The position numbers were made by a program, and so were the translations under genes. This document shows positions 10,059 through 19,260 of a stretch of DNA of 64,000 nt, piece after piece. The notes beneath the pieces are model-generated. The model was given only the letters and a program-made list of their open reading frames with translations. It was not told the origin of the DNA and did not search any database. This DNA is from Candidatus Lustribacter sp. (lineage in GTDB: Bacteria; Vulcanimicrobiota; Vulcanimicrobiia; Vulcanimicrobiales; Vulcanimicrobiaceae), in NCBI GenBank assembly GCA_965277805.1, contig OZ255842.1:3680001-3744000 (forward strand). The letters run 5' to 3'. Every line of letters begins with the position of its first letter. Position 1 is the first letter of the stretch.

Positions 10059-13000
10059 CCCGCAGTGAACCGGCGAACGCGTACCGCCGTAAGCCGAACC
10101 TTAGGCTTGTTCGCTCCCCACATACGGAATTCAAGTAGCCCTGGTTCGACGTTCGGTGTTTCGCTAGCAACTTCGAATTCTAACGTGCTGCTAAACGTGC
10201 GGCGACGTTTTCCGAGGAAACGTTCGAAACGGCGTCCGGTCCATAGCAGATCCCGCGCGGTGTGCTCAGCCAGGATTACGCTGCCTTGTTTAGTCGCGAC
10301 ATCGAAGGTCACAGCCGCGTTCCGCTCGGCTCGCTCGGCCGCCACTTCGAACTCAGCCTCGTAGCGCCCAGAGGGCAAGGAAATGTATGGGCCGTGCGCG
10401 ATCGCGCCATCGCCATCCGGAACCGCCTCGATCCCGCCGGCAACCCGTCGGCCGTTGGGCCCGACTCGCAACCACCAGAGAAGATTTTCTACACCGACGG
10501 GATCGGTGTCCGGCCGCGAGAGAGACTGCGATGCATCGATTCTGCGTAACTCTATCGCCGCAACTTCAAACGCGCCCACACCCGCCGACAAAACCCGAAA
10601 CTCGAGCAAACCGGTCTCGATAGGCGGCGCGTCGCCGACAATTTCAAACGTAAGTGCAATCCGGGCGCTTTTGCCGCGGCCGAGCACGTCTTTTGGCTCA
10701 AGGACGTGTCCGGCGATGAGGTCGCGACCAAGTCCGCTCGCAACCTCCATTCGAACATCGTTGACTAGTCGCGTTACATTGTCTGCCCGGATCTCAAACG
10801 TTACTTCAAATACCCCGGGCAGGAGCCATAGGTAGGGTCCTTGCGCGACCACGCCCGAAACGTTCTCGAGCGAGACAATTGATTGCGCCACGCGCGTGCC
10901 CGCGGGTCCGGCTTGCGAAAGCCACAGGGCGTCTTGCGCGGGTCCTCCGAGAGAACTTGGTCGACCCAGATGACGAGCTAGCGCCTCGCGAGCGGGATCG
11001 AGTCGGCCGTCAAACAACCGGCCCATGATCGGCTCTGCAGGGCCCGCATCTCCAGTACGCCGTACGTCAAGACCAACTACGGCAAACTCAGCGCCTTCCG
11101 ACCAGATGCGGCATTCCAATAGGCCGTCACGAAACATACCGCCGGCCGCTGGAATGTCGAACTGCAACAAGCCGTTGCTGGGCACCCAAGCACCATGACT
11201 ACTGCTTAGCGCTTCATAACAATCGATGATCTGTTCGGCGTAGAGGTCTTCACCGAACCGGGCAACGACTTCGATCCGCGCCACGACACCGCCCCGCTGA
11301 GACGAGACCCGTGAATAAATTGAGAATGTCGCCTCGTAATGTCCGGGCATTAACCAAACGTGGGGACCGTACGCTACGAAGTCCGCAATGCCCGGCTTTG
11401 AGTAGATGATCGGGGCTCCGACATCCGTAACGTTCTTCGCGCTACCCGGCAGTGCGCCGTAGGTGCCCGCTCTGCCAACCGTTAGCAGCGGCAGAAAATC
11501 GAACGTTGCAGGCAATTCATTTAGTGCCGAGACCGTAGGCCGCTCCAGTACGGCACGTTGGATTGTAATGTCTGACCAACCGACCGTCCGGAAGCGAAAC
11601 TCCGTTTCCGGCCAGCCCATCGCGTCGCCCATAGCAGACGGAATATTGAACTCAAAAATAAACTCGCGCCGTACCACCTCGTTGATGGTGATAGCCCGGC
11701 TTCCGAGTAGGTTCGAACTCGAAATGGCCTCGATAACGAGGCCCGATGTTCCGGGACTCCCGGCGGCTGAGATTTCCGCGTCGAACTCTACTCTTAAATT
11801 ATAGCTACCGCTGTCGAGCAATAGGTATGGGCCGTAGAAAATACACCCGGCTTCCCCATTCTTGGCAACGATGCAGCCTCCAACTTTACGTCCAACATCG
11901 CCGCAATTGAGGGCGGGCAAGAGCTCTTGCAGCTCAAGGAGATTGTTGACGTAACCTTGCCGCATTCGGGTTGCAATTGGAGTGCGCGCCGCCCCGACCA
12001 AGTCGTGAAACGGTCGCTCTGCGTCGTTTGCAACCGCATTAATGCCAATGAAACGACGAGGGTGACAATCTTCCGAGAGTCGCCTGCGCTCTTCGCGAAC
12101 GGCAATCCGTAGGGCTATTGAAACGCCTCTGATCTGCTTGCTGGCGTTGAAATCCCATTCCTTCGGCCAGGCCGTTTCCGGGCGACCCCAATCAAACAGC
12201 AAAACGTCCGATTCCGCGATCGCGCGCTCTTCCGGAGACCAAATGCAGCCCTCCGGCAATTCCGGACCTAGCCATGACATCGCGGAACCGACGAGAATAT
12301 CCGACGTAAATCCCAATGCGCGCCACACTTGGGCAAATCGTTCGAGCAGCGTTCGTTTGCTGCCGAACCACGCAAGAACGGTGTGGCGCGGACTACTCGC
12401 GAACGCGTCGGCCAAAAACGGCAGCACGTGATCGACGCTATAATCGATGAGATTGTGGTTTTCGCGCGCATAGAACACCCGGGGTGCCTTCCCGGCGAGT
12501 GGTAAAGGAGTGGTGGCCGCCAGCGCATCGATATACGAGCGACTAGTAGAATTGACGCTGACTTCCTCAATGTTCTGTCCAGCTAGTCCCCATGTCTCTG
12601 CCTGCTCCGAGACGCCGGCTGTGGTTACGTCGTCGAAAAAGACCCGGAGATCATTTTCTACTGCCCGGTGGCGGTGAGCAGGCGTTACTTGCCGCGTATG
12701 GTCGCAATGGTAGCCGAGTACGTCGTCCAAAATATCGCCGGCGACGCGCGGCAAAAGCGAAATCCGCTTCGCCAAGTTCGAATCGACATGCCAGCCAAGT
12801 AGCATCGCTTCGTGGAACCCGTGCATTGCCCACAAGTCGGACCTTAAGACCAGTTGGAAGTCACCAGGCGCGTCATAGTGCACCGTGGGGTCGCCGCCGA
12901 CGACGATCTCATTGAGGTGGAACTCACGGCCCCACCGACCGAAGGCCTCGATCGTGCCTTTTGGATCGAGACGATCTGCACTTTCCCAAAGTGTTTCCGG

Positions 13001-13438
13001 GACTTCGAATCTCGGTAGCGGGTAAAACGCATCCGGCAACCGGCTGACAACTTCCGAGAGCGTCTCACCGCGTTGAGGGACAAATACCATGTCCGTATTC
13101 GTCGAGAGAATCCACCGATTAGCCGGGTTCGATCGCCGCAGCGCCACGTTGCGAGCGATCGGCTCAAGGGCCACGAGTCGCGTCAGGTGCCGAAAGGGCT
13201 CATGCTGGCTCGGGCGCACGCGCAGGATACGCAGAACCTTCTTCGCCTGACCCGTTAGTGTGTCTTGAATAGCCTCGGGAAACGTTGGAAAGTCGTCGGG
13301 CGTGTTGTAGTCGACGAAGAGAATTTCGTCATCAGGAGAGGTGAGCATCTCCGCCATGCAATTTAAGCTTATCGCTGCGCGCTTGTGCAGGTTGTATCCG
13401 TAACTATCGTTACGGCCGTACAAGATGAGCGAGAGCAT
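10055..13438 (-). CDS. Large putative glycosyltransferase: GT-A-like N-terminal domain plus four C-terminal beta-sandwich repeats
   Basis: N-terminus ILYGRND...EILFVDYNT...ARNVALRR...ILSTNTD...GDFQL; four repeats with G-P-[YH]-x-x-L-x-x-G and (L)E[FC]R; TAATG overlap with wzt. Confidence 0.65.
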   Translation of the reverse strand: MLSLILYGRNDSYGYNLHKRAAISLNCMAEMLTSPDDEILFVDYNTPDDFPTFPEAIQDTLTGQAKKVLRILRVRPSQHEPFRHLTRLVALEPIARNVALRRSNPANRWILSTNTDMVFVPQRGETLSEVVSRLPDAFYPLPRFEVPETLWESADRLDPKGTIEAFGRWGREFHLNEIVVGGDPTVHYDAPGDFQLVLRSDLWAMHGFHEAMLLGWHVDSNLAKRISLLPRVAGDILDDVLGYHCDHTRQVTPAHRHRAVENDLRVFFDDVTTAGVSEQAETWGLAGQNIEEVSVNSTSRSYIDALAATTPLPLAGKAPRVFYARENHNLIDYSVDHVLPFLADAFASSPRHTVLAWFGSKRTLLERFAQVWRALGFTSDILVGSAMSWLGPELPEGCIWSPEERAIAESDVLLFDWGRPETAWPKEWDFNASKQIRGVSIALRIAVREERRRLSEDCHPRRFIGINAVANDAERPFHDLVGAARTPIATRMRQGYVNNLLELQELLPALNCGDVGRKVGGCIVAKNGEAGCIFYGPYLLLDSGSYNLRVEFDAEISAAGSPGTSGLVIEAISSSNLLGSRAITINEVVRREFIFEFNIPSAMGDAMGWPETEFRFRTVGWSDITIQRAVLERPTVSALNELPATFDFLPLLTVGRAGTYGALPGSAKNVTDVGAPIIYSKPGIADFVAYGPHVWLMPGHYEATFSIYSRVSSQRGGVVARIEVVARFGEDLYAEQIIDCYEALSSSHGAWVPSNGLLQFDIPAAGGMFRDGLLECRIWSEGAEFAVVGLDVRRTGDAGPAEPIMGRLFDGRLDPAREALARHLGRPSSLGGPAQDALWLSQAGPAGTRVAQSIVSLENVSGVVAQGPYLWLLPGVFEVTFEIRADNVTRLVNDVRMEVASGLGRDLIAGHVLEPKDVLGRGKSARIALTFEIVGDAPPIETGLLEFRVLSAGVGAFEVAAIELRRIDASQSLSRPDTDPVGVENLLWWLRVGPNGRRVAGGIEAVPDGDGAIAHGPYISLPSGRYEAEFEVAAERAERNAAVTFDVATKQGSVILAEHTARDLLWTGRRFERFLGKRRRTFSSTLEFEVASETPNVEPGLLEFRMWGANKPKVRLTAVRVRRFTAG

Positions 13439-14424
13439 TACAGGGAGACTGCGCTACTCAAAAGCTCTATCGGCTGTCCTTCCGGAATGCTCTCGAGCGC
13501 ATCGTCATCAAAGAGCAGAGCTTCCTTAAGTTCGAGTTTGTGCAGCGCGAGAAATTCCTGGTCGCGCAGCAATCGACGCTGACCATCGACCAAAGCATAG
13601 ACCAGGCCCGCGTGCGGCGAATTGGCCTCGTGCGAACCGAGCAGCAGGACGGGCGAGCCGTGCTCGAGCGAACGCCGATCAGCTTCAACACTGAGCCTAT
13701 AACGCAGCACGGCCTGAGGCGCCGGCCCATCGAACTTGAGCGCACCCTTTTCGAGCCATATCCCGCGATCGCACTGACGGCTAATAAAGTCGAGGTCGTG
13801 TGAAACGACGATGATCGTCGTGTGCTCGTCCCACAGCGCATCGATGCGCTCTTGACACTTTCGCTTGAACGACTCATCGCCGACAGCAAGCACTTCGTCG
13901 AGGATAAGGATGTCCGGCCGGAACTCCGTCGCGATCGCAAAGCCGAGGCGCGCGACCATGCCCGATGATAACGTTTTTACCGGCTCGGTACGGTGCTCTT
14001 GAAGTTCCGCAAAATCAAGAATAGCATCGAGATGGGCAAGCATTCGTTTGCGCTCGATCCCGAGTAAAAGGCCGTAGTAAATGACGTTGTCGATCAGCGA
14101 GAGCTCGGGGTCGAAACCCGCACCGAGTTCGATCAGCGGGGCAATGCCGCCGACTACGGCTACGGTTCCAGTCGTGGGACGAAGTATTCCGCAGATCACT
14201 TTGAGCAGGGTTGATTTTCCCGACCCATTCGGACCAACGATGCCAATCTTCTCGCCGCCTCGCACCGTCAGGCTCATATTCTCGAGCACCTGACGACGAT
14301 TCGGGGCGCGAAACTTCATCTTTAGCAAATTAAAGATGAAGCGCTTAAAATCGTAGTGAAACTCTTCTTGCGTCCGTCGCCACAGCGTGACGTTCTGAAC
14401 GAGAATTGCCGGGTCGTCGGTCAC
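13438..14424 (-). CDS. wzt: ABC polysaccharide exporter, ATP-binding subunit
   Basis: Start reassigned to GTG 14424 (GTGA overlap with the wzm stop); Walker A GPNGSGKST, LSSGMVARLGFA, ILILDEVLAVGDESF. Confidence 0.92.
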   Translation of the reverse strand: MTDDPAILVQNVTLWRRTQEEFHYDFKRFIFNLLKMKFRAPNRRQVLENMSLTVRGGEKIGIVGPNGSGKSTLLKVICGILRPTTGTVAVVGGIAPLIELGAGFDPELSLIDNVIYYGLLLGIERKRMLAHLDAILDFAELQEHRTEPVKTLSSGMVARLGFAIATEFRPDILILDEVLAVGDESFKRKCQERIDALWDEHTTIIVVSHDLDFISRQCDRGIWLEKGALKFDGPAPQAVLRYRLSVEADRRSLEHGSPVLLLGSHEANSPHAGLVYALVDGQRRLLRDQEFLALHKLELKEALLFDDDALESIPEGQPIELLSSAVSL

Positions 14425-15251
14425 AGCAGATCCATCGCCTGTTTCTGCACGGAAACAAAAATTGCGCCGCCGGCAACTGCTGTGACGACGGCGATTAAGA
14501 ACGTAAGCGCGAAAGAATGCCACTGCGTGTGTATCGGGCCGCGATAGAATGCAATCTGTCGAAGGTCGTTAACAATCGCTGCGATGGGGTTGAGGTCGAT
14601 CAAAGCCCGAAATTTCGCGGGTACGATTTCTTCCGGATAGAAAATCGGACTCGTCATCCAGCACACGAAAACAACCAGGTCCCAGATATACGGCAAGTCA
14701 CGAAAGAACACGAAGAGCGCCGACACTGCAAGCGAAGCTCCCACCGTGACGAGAAGTAGCGAGATCGCCGGCACGATGAGTAAGATGACGCGTTCGATGC
14801 TATGGCTGGACAAAGCCGTCACGATCACCAGCACGGGTAAAACACCAACCAGAAATTGGAACAAGTTCGCAACGACGACCGAGACCGGAAAGACGCTGAG
14901 CGGAATCCGAATCTTGTTTACGAGCGACCCGTTCGAAACCACCGACTGGAGCGCCTGACCCGTTGCTTGCGAGAAGAACGTGACGACGACGAGCCCCATG
15001 AACACAGCTAGGATGTAGTTGATGATGGAGCCGTCATAGTATTTCGCGAACGCCGTCCCGAAGATGATCGCGTACACGACGGTCATGATAAGCGGGTTAG
15101 AAAGCGACCAAAATACGCCCAGGACCGAGCCCCGGTAGCGGCCCTTGATATTGCGCTCGGCGATCGTCGTTACCAGCTCGAAGTAACGTCGAATATCTGG
15201 TCCGCCGATTGCGGAATTCAAGAGTGATTTTGGCGAACGAGCTGAAAGCAT
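14421..15251 (-). CDS. wzm: ABC-2 polysaccharide exporter, permease subunit
   Basis: RYRGSVLGVFWSLSNP, FFRDLPYI, TSPIFYP, LNPIA; about 6 TM helices; adjacent to wzt. Confidence 0.92.
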   Translation of the reverse strand: MLSARSPKSLLNSAIGGPDIRRYFELVTTIAERNIKGRYRGSVLGVFWSLSNPLIMTVVYAIIFGTAFAKYYDGSIINYILAVFMGLVVVTFFSQATGQALQSVVSNGSLVNKIRIPLSVFPVSVVVANLFQFLVGVLPVLVIVTALSSHSIERVILLIVPAISLLLVTVGASLAVSALFVFFRDLPYIWDLVVFVCWMTSPIFYPEEIVPAKFRALIDLNPIAAIVNDLRQIAFYRGPIHTQWHSFALTFLIAVVTAVAGGAIFVSVQKQAMDLL

Positions 15252-15341
15252 GAAACAGGGGGCGATTCGGGGGTCAAACGGCCCGTCCCCCCTCCTGGGA
15301 GGGCCGTGGGAGCGCCCCGACGTAACGCGATGACGGCCTCC

Positions 15342-15797
15342 ATGATCAAACCAAACAATCCGTTAGTCGATGCGGAAGCACTGATGCTTCGAGTGCGCGA
15401 AGGAGCCGCGCGCCTTCGCTCGGGAAACGAACTCGATGATGCGCGGCTGAAGCGCTGGAACGCCGCCACGAACCGGCTTCCCGAGATCATCGATCGCCAA
15501 AATGCGATCATCGTACACTTGGCCCTCGCCGAAAATCGCAATCAGCCGCGAACGCAGGTTCCAGGGCGCCTTGCCAAGCTTCGCACCTTCGGTGATGCGC
15601 CGCTTCGATTGATGTTGCGGATCGTGAATTATCTGTTTAAGCAACAACGCGAGGTCGACGCCGCTCAGAACGTCGCGCTGCGTGAGATGTCGGCACTCAT
15701 TGTGGCTGCCGCCCAAGACCTGAACGATATCAATAAACGTCTCTCCGATATAACCGAGCGCTTGGAACGGCAGCAAAGCGACACCGATAAGACGTGA
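15342..15797 (+). CDS. Small coiled-coil hypothetical protein coupled to a GT4 gene
   Basis: Start chosen at ATG 15342 (MIKPNNPLVD) by alignment with its paralog at 23138; heptad-like C-terminus; stop overlaps the GT start. Confidence 0.7.
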   Translation: MIKPNNPLVDAEALMLRVREGAARLRSGNELDDARLKRWNAATNRLPEIIDRQNAIIVHLALAENRNQPRTQVPGRLAKLRTFGDAPLRLMLRIVNYLFKQQREVDAAQNVALREMSALIVAAAQDLNDINKRLSDITERLERQQSDTDKT

Positions 15798-18067
15798 TGC
15801 GACGCCGCATCGCGATCGTCACGCCATGGTACGGACCTGAGGCGACGGGCGGAGCGGAGACCCTCGCGCGCGAGTTAGCCAGCCATCTATCCGCGACCGA
15901 TGACGTGACGATCGTTACGACGACCGCGCGCTCCTTTCTCGCGAGTTGGAGTAAGGACTACTTCAAACCCGGCCGTACCAAAGACAATGGGTACGCCGTT
16001 CTCCGCTTTCGGCTCGGCGGCCGCGACGACGCGGCGTTCCATCGACTCAACGGCGAGCTCATGCAGATGCCTCGCTCGGAATGGCGCACACTGGGCCGGC
16101 TGCACCGGGACACGCAAGCGTTCGTTAACGAATCCATCAACTCGCCGCAGCTCGAGGCCTACCTCGCCGGCAAGGCAGCGGCAACGTACGATGCGGTCGT
16201 CTTCCTTCCTTACCTTTATGGCGTCGTCGTTCGCGGGATCGAAGCGTTTCCGGGTCGCGCTCATCTCCTACCGTGTTTGCACGACGAAATCTACGCGCGG
16301 CTGCCACGCGTCGAAGATGCCATACACCGGGCGGCAACGCTGCTCTTCAACAGCGAGGGCGAAGCCGAGCTCGCCTTGCGGATCTATGGCCCCGGCATTC
16401 TGCATAAGTCGCATGTCATCGGCACCGGCGTCGCGCTGCCGGTCAACGGCGCCGCCGCGAATGCAGTCAACGGACCGTACTTCTTGTTCCTCGGCCGGCG
16501 CGACGAAACCAAGGGGGTCGACTTTCTCGTCGATGCGTTTGGGCAATACCGGGAGCAACACTCGTCGCCGTATTCGCTGGTCCTCGCGGGTCCGGGCAAT
16601 GCGTCGTATCATGCGCCCGAGCGTGGAATCATCGATCTCGGATTCGTCGATGAGAAGACGAAACGCGCGCTGATTCGCAATACGCGCGGTTTGGCACAGC
16701 CGAGTCTCAATGAAAGTTACTCGCGCGTCATGATGGAGGCGTGGCGAGAACAGGTTCCCGTCGTCGCTCGTGCCCAGTGTCTGGCCACCGCTATCGCTGT
16801 GGAACGGTCGGGTGGTGGCATCGTTGCGGAAAGCGCGACGGACTGGGCGAACGCATTTCAACGGCTGGAAACGGCAAGCGCGGAAGAACTCGCCGAGTTC
16901 GGACGGCGGGGCTCGGCTTATGCCGCGCTTCATGCCGATTGGCCGCGCGTTATCGAACGCTTTCGCCTCGCAACGCATCTCGATGCCCCGGCACAATTGC
17001 CTCCGCGAGGAAAGCGCGTCGATCAGGTCATCGAATCGATGGCCTACGGCGACGCCATCTCCAACTATGCCGTCACCCTGCAGGCGCATCTCAAAACGCA
17101 AGGCCACGATGGAGCGATCTTCGCCCGCGAAATTCATGCGGGAGTTTTCGATGCTGCCAGACCGCTAGCGTCCGCGACGTTCAGTGCGTCGGAGACCTTG
17201 ATTTACCATCACTCGATCGCATTTAACGAGATCGACCGCATCCTCTCCGCACCGAGTCAGAAGGCGCTGATCTATCACAACATTACGCCGGCAGACTTTT
17301 TCCGCGACTACGACGCCGTGTTCGCCGACCATTTGGAGCGCGGGCGCGCGCAGCTCGCTCAAATTGCAGGCGCGTTCAGCACATGCGCGGCCGACTCCGC
17401 ATACAACGCTCACGAACTGCGCGAACTGGGCTTTAAGAACGTCAAGGTCGTCCCGGTGCCGGTGAACTTCGCCCGCTTCGACGTCACGCCGGCGGATCTA
17501 CCGCGGAGCGAAAAAGGCAACGGTGCGCGGTGGCTGTTCGTCGGACGCGTGTCTCCCAACAAAGGCTTGCGTCCGTTGCTCGAGGCGTTTGAAGCCTATG
17601 TGTGCATCGATCCGTTGGCGCGCTTGGTTATCGTCGGGGCATACAACCGGGGTGACCGCTATTTGCGAGAACTCGCAACGTACGTCGCCGACCGCAGCCT
17701 CGACGCACATGTGTTTTTTGCCGGCGTCGTCGACGAAGCGATGCTCACGGCCCACTATCGCAACGCGGACCTCTACGTTTGCATGAGCGAACACGAGGGC
17801 TTTTGCGTTCCCCTCGTCGAGGCGATGTTCTTCGATGTTCCGGTCATCGCGAGCGCGAACTCCGCCATCGTTGAGACGCTCGGGGATTCCGGTATTTTGG
17901 TCGATCCCGGTGCAGACCCCGTTGAGATCGCCTTGACGGCGCGCGAAATCTACACGGACCTCGACTTGCGGCGGCGGGTCATCGCGTCGCAGCGCGTCCG
18001 CCGCGCGGCGTTCTTGCCCGAGCGCATTCTGCCGATCGTCGATGCTTTCGTAGCGGATATCGCATGA
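15794..18067 (+). CDS. Double-domain GT4 (GT-B) glycosyltransferase
   Basis: Domain 1: IVTPWYG...GGAE, FLGRRDETKG, PSLNESYSRVMMEAW. Domain 2: GDAISN, YHNITP, FVGRVSPNKG, SEHEGFCVPLVEAM. Confidence 0.92.
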   Translation: MMRRRIAIVTPWYGPEATGGAETLARELASHLSATDDVTIVTTTARSFLASWSKDYFKPGRTKDNGYAVLRFRLGGRDDAAFHRLNGELMQMPRSEWRTLGRLHRDTQAFVNESINSPQLEAYLAGKAAATYDAVVFLPYLYGVVVRGIEAFPGRAHLLPCLHDEIYARLPRVEDAIHRAATLLFNSEGEAELALRIYGPGILHKSHVIGTGVALPVNGAAANAVNGPYFLFLGRRDETKGVDFLVDAFGQYREQHSSPYSLVLAGPGNASYHAPERGIIDLGFVDEKTKRALIRNTRGLAQPSLNESYSRVMMEAWREQVPVVARAQCLATAIAVERSGGGIVAESATDWANAFQRLETASAEELAEFGRRGSAYAALHADWPRVIERFRLATHLDAPAQLPPRGKRVDQVIESMAYGDAISNYAVTLQAHLKTQGHDGAIFAREIHAGVFDAARPLASATFSASETLIYHHSIAFNEIDRILSAPSQKALIYHNITPADFFRDYDAVFADHLERGRAQLAQIAGAFSTCAADSAYNAHELRELGFKNVKVVPVPVNFARFDVTPADLPRSEKGNGARWLFVGRVSPNKGLRPLLEAFEAYVCIDPLARLVIVGAYNRGDRYLRELATYVADRSLDAHVFFAGVVDEAMLTAHYRNADLYVCMSEHEGFCVPLVEAMFFDVPVIASANSAIVETLGDSGILVDPGADPVEIALTAREIYTDLDLRRRVIASQRVRRAAFLPERILPIVDAFVADIA

Positions 18068-19260
18068 GCGGCCGCCCGCGGATTGCGATGGTCGTTCAGC
18101 GCTGCGGCATCGAGGTCAACGGCGGCGCCGAAGCCGCCTGCCTCGATGTAGCCCGTGAAATGAGCGCCGTCTGGGACGTCGACATCATCACCACGTGCGC
18201 GCTTGACTACCAAACGTGGAACGACCACTACCCGCCGGGTGAAACGATGATCGACGGCGTGCGCGTCATCCGCTTCCGCGTCGACCATCCGCGCAGCGTG
18301 CACTTCAACAACCTCTCGGTGAAGGCGCTCCGGCGCGGCTCTGAGCAAACGCCGCAAGAACTCGAAGAGTGGATGAAGGCGCAAGGTCCTTACTCAAGCA
18401 CGCTCTTGCGGTACATCAAAGACAACGCGAAGGCGTACGATAGCTGGTTCTTCTTCACGTATCTCTACGCGACGACGTTCTTCGGGCTGCCGCTCGTCGC
18501 CGATCGCGCAGTGCTCGTGCCGTTCGCACATGATGAGTGGCCGATCCACCAGCCGGGGATGAGCGACTTCTTCCGCCTCCCGCAGCGTCTGGTGTACAGC
18601 ACGGAAGAGGAGCGGGACTTTCTGCTGCGCCGGTTTGCGGATTGCAATCTGCAGGGCGAAGTCGTCGGCGTCGGCATCCGGCCGCCTGACAACGTACGCG
18701 AGGATCATTTTCGCCACCGCTTCGGCGTCTTCGGTAAGTACGCGCTCTATCTCGGGCGCATCGACGTCGCCAAAGGGTGCGATGTCATGTTGCGCGATTT
18801 CGAAGCCGCCAAAGAACCCGATCTCCAGCTTTTGATGATCGGTCGCGAAGTCATGGACGTGCCGCAACATCCGTGGTTGCGGCTTTTCGGCTTCGTCGAC
18901 GAACAGACGAAGTACGAAGCCATTCGCGGCGCCGAGTTCGTTATCGCGCCGTCGGCGCTCGAGAGCCTATCGCTCGTTTTACTCGAGGCGTGGAGCCAAG
19001 AGCGACCGGTTCTCGTGAATGCCGCGAGCGACGTGATGGTCGGTCAGTGCCGTCGCGCCGGCGGTGGGCTCTGGTATGGGGATCAGTTCGAGTTTGCCGC
19101 CGCCATCCCGCTGCTCCGCGATGAAGAGATCAATCGCGGTCTAGGCAAAAGCGGCAAACGTTACCTCGACGACAACTATACGTGGCCCGTCATTCGCAGC
19201 GCCTACGAGCGCGTTCTCAGGGAGGTTGCTGCGGAACAGCGTTCGTCGACCACACCCTGA
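18064..19260 (+). CDS. GT4 glycosyltransferase
   Basis: VVQRCG...GGAE, YLGRIDVAKG, PSALESLSLVLLEAW; ATGA overlap with the previous gene. Confidence 0.92.
   Translation: MSGRPRIAMVVQRCGIEVNGGAEAACLDVAREMSAVWDVDIITTCALDYQTWNDHYPPGETMIDGVRVIRFRVDHPRSVHFNNLSVKALRRGSEQTPQELEEWMKAQGPYSSTLLRYIKDNAKAYDSWFFFTYLYATTFFGLPLVADRAVLVPFAHDEWPIHQPGMSDFFRLPQRLVYSTEEERDFLLRRFADCNLQGEVVGVGIRPPDNVREDHFRHRFGVFGKYALYLGRIDVAKGCDVMLRDFEAAKEPDLQLLMIGREVMDVPQHPWLRLFGFVDEQTKYEAIRGAEFVIAPSALESLSLVLLEAWSQERPVLVNAASDVMVGQCRRAGGGLWYGDQFEFAAAIPLLRDEEINRGLGKSGKRYLDDNYTWPVIRSAYERVLREVAAEQRSSTTP

Noticed and set aside
15278-15307. Hairpin ACGGCCC-g-TCCC...GGGA-GGGCCGT as a terminator or ncRNA
   Set aside because: It lies between divergent gene starts, has no U-tract, and could arise by chance at high GC.
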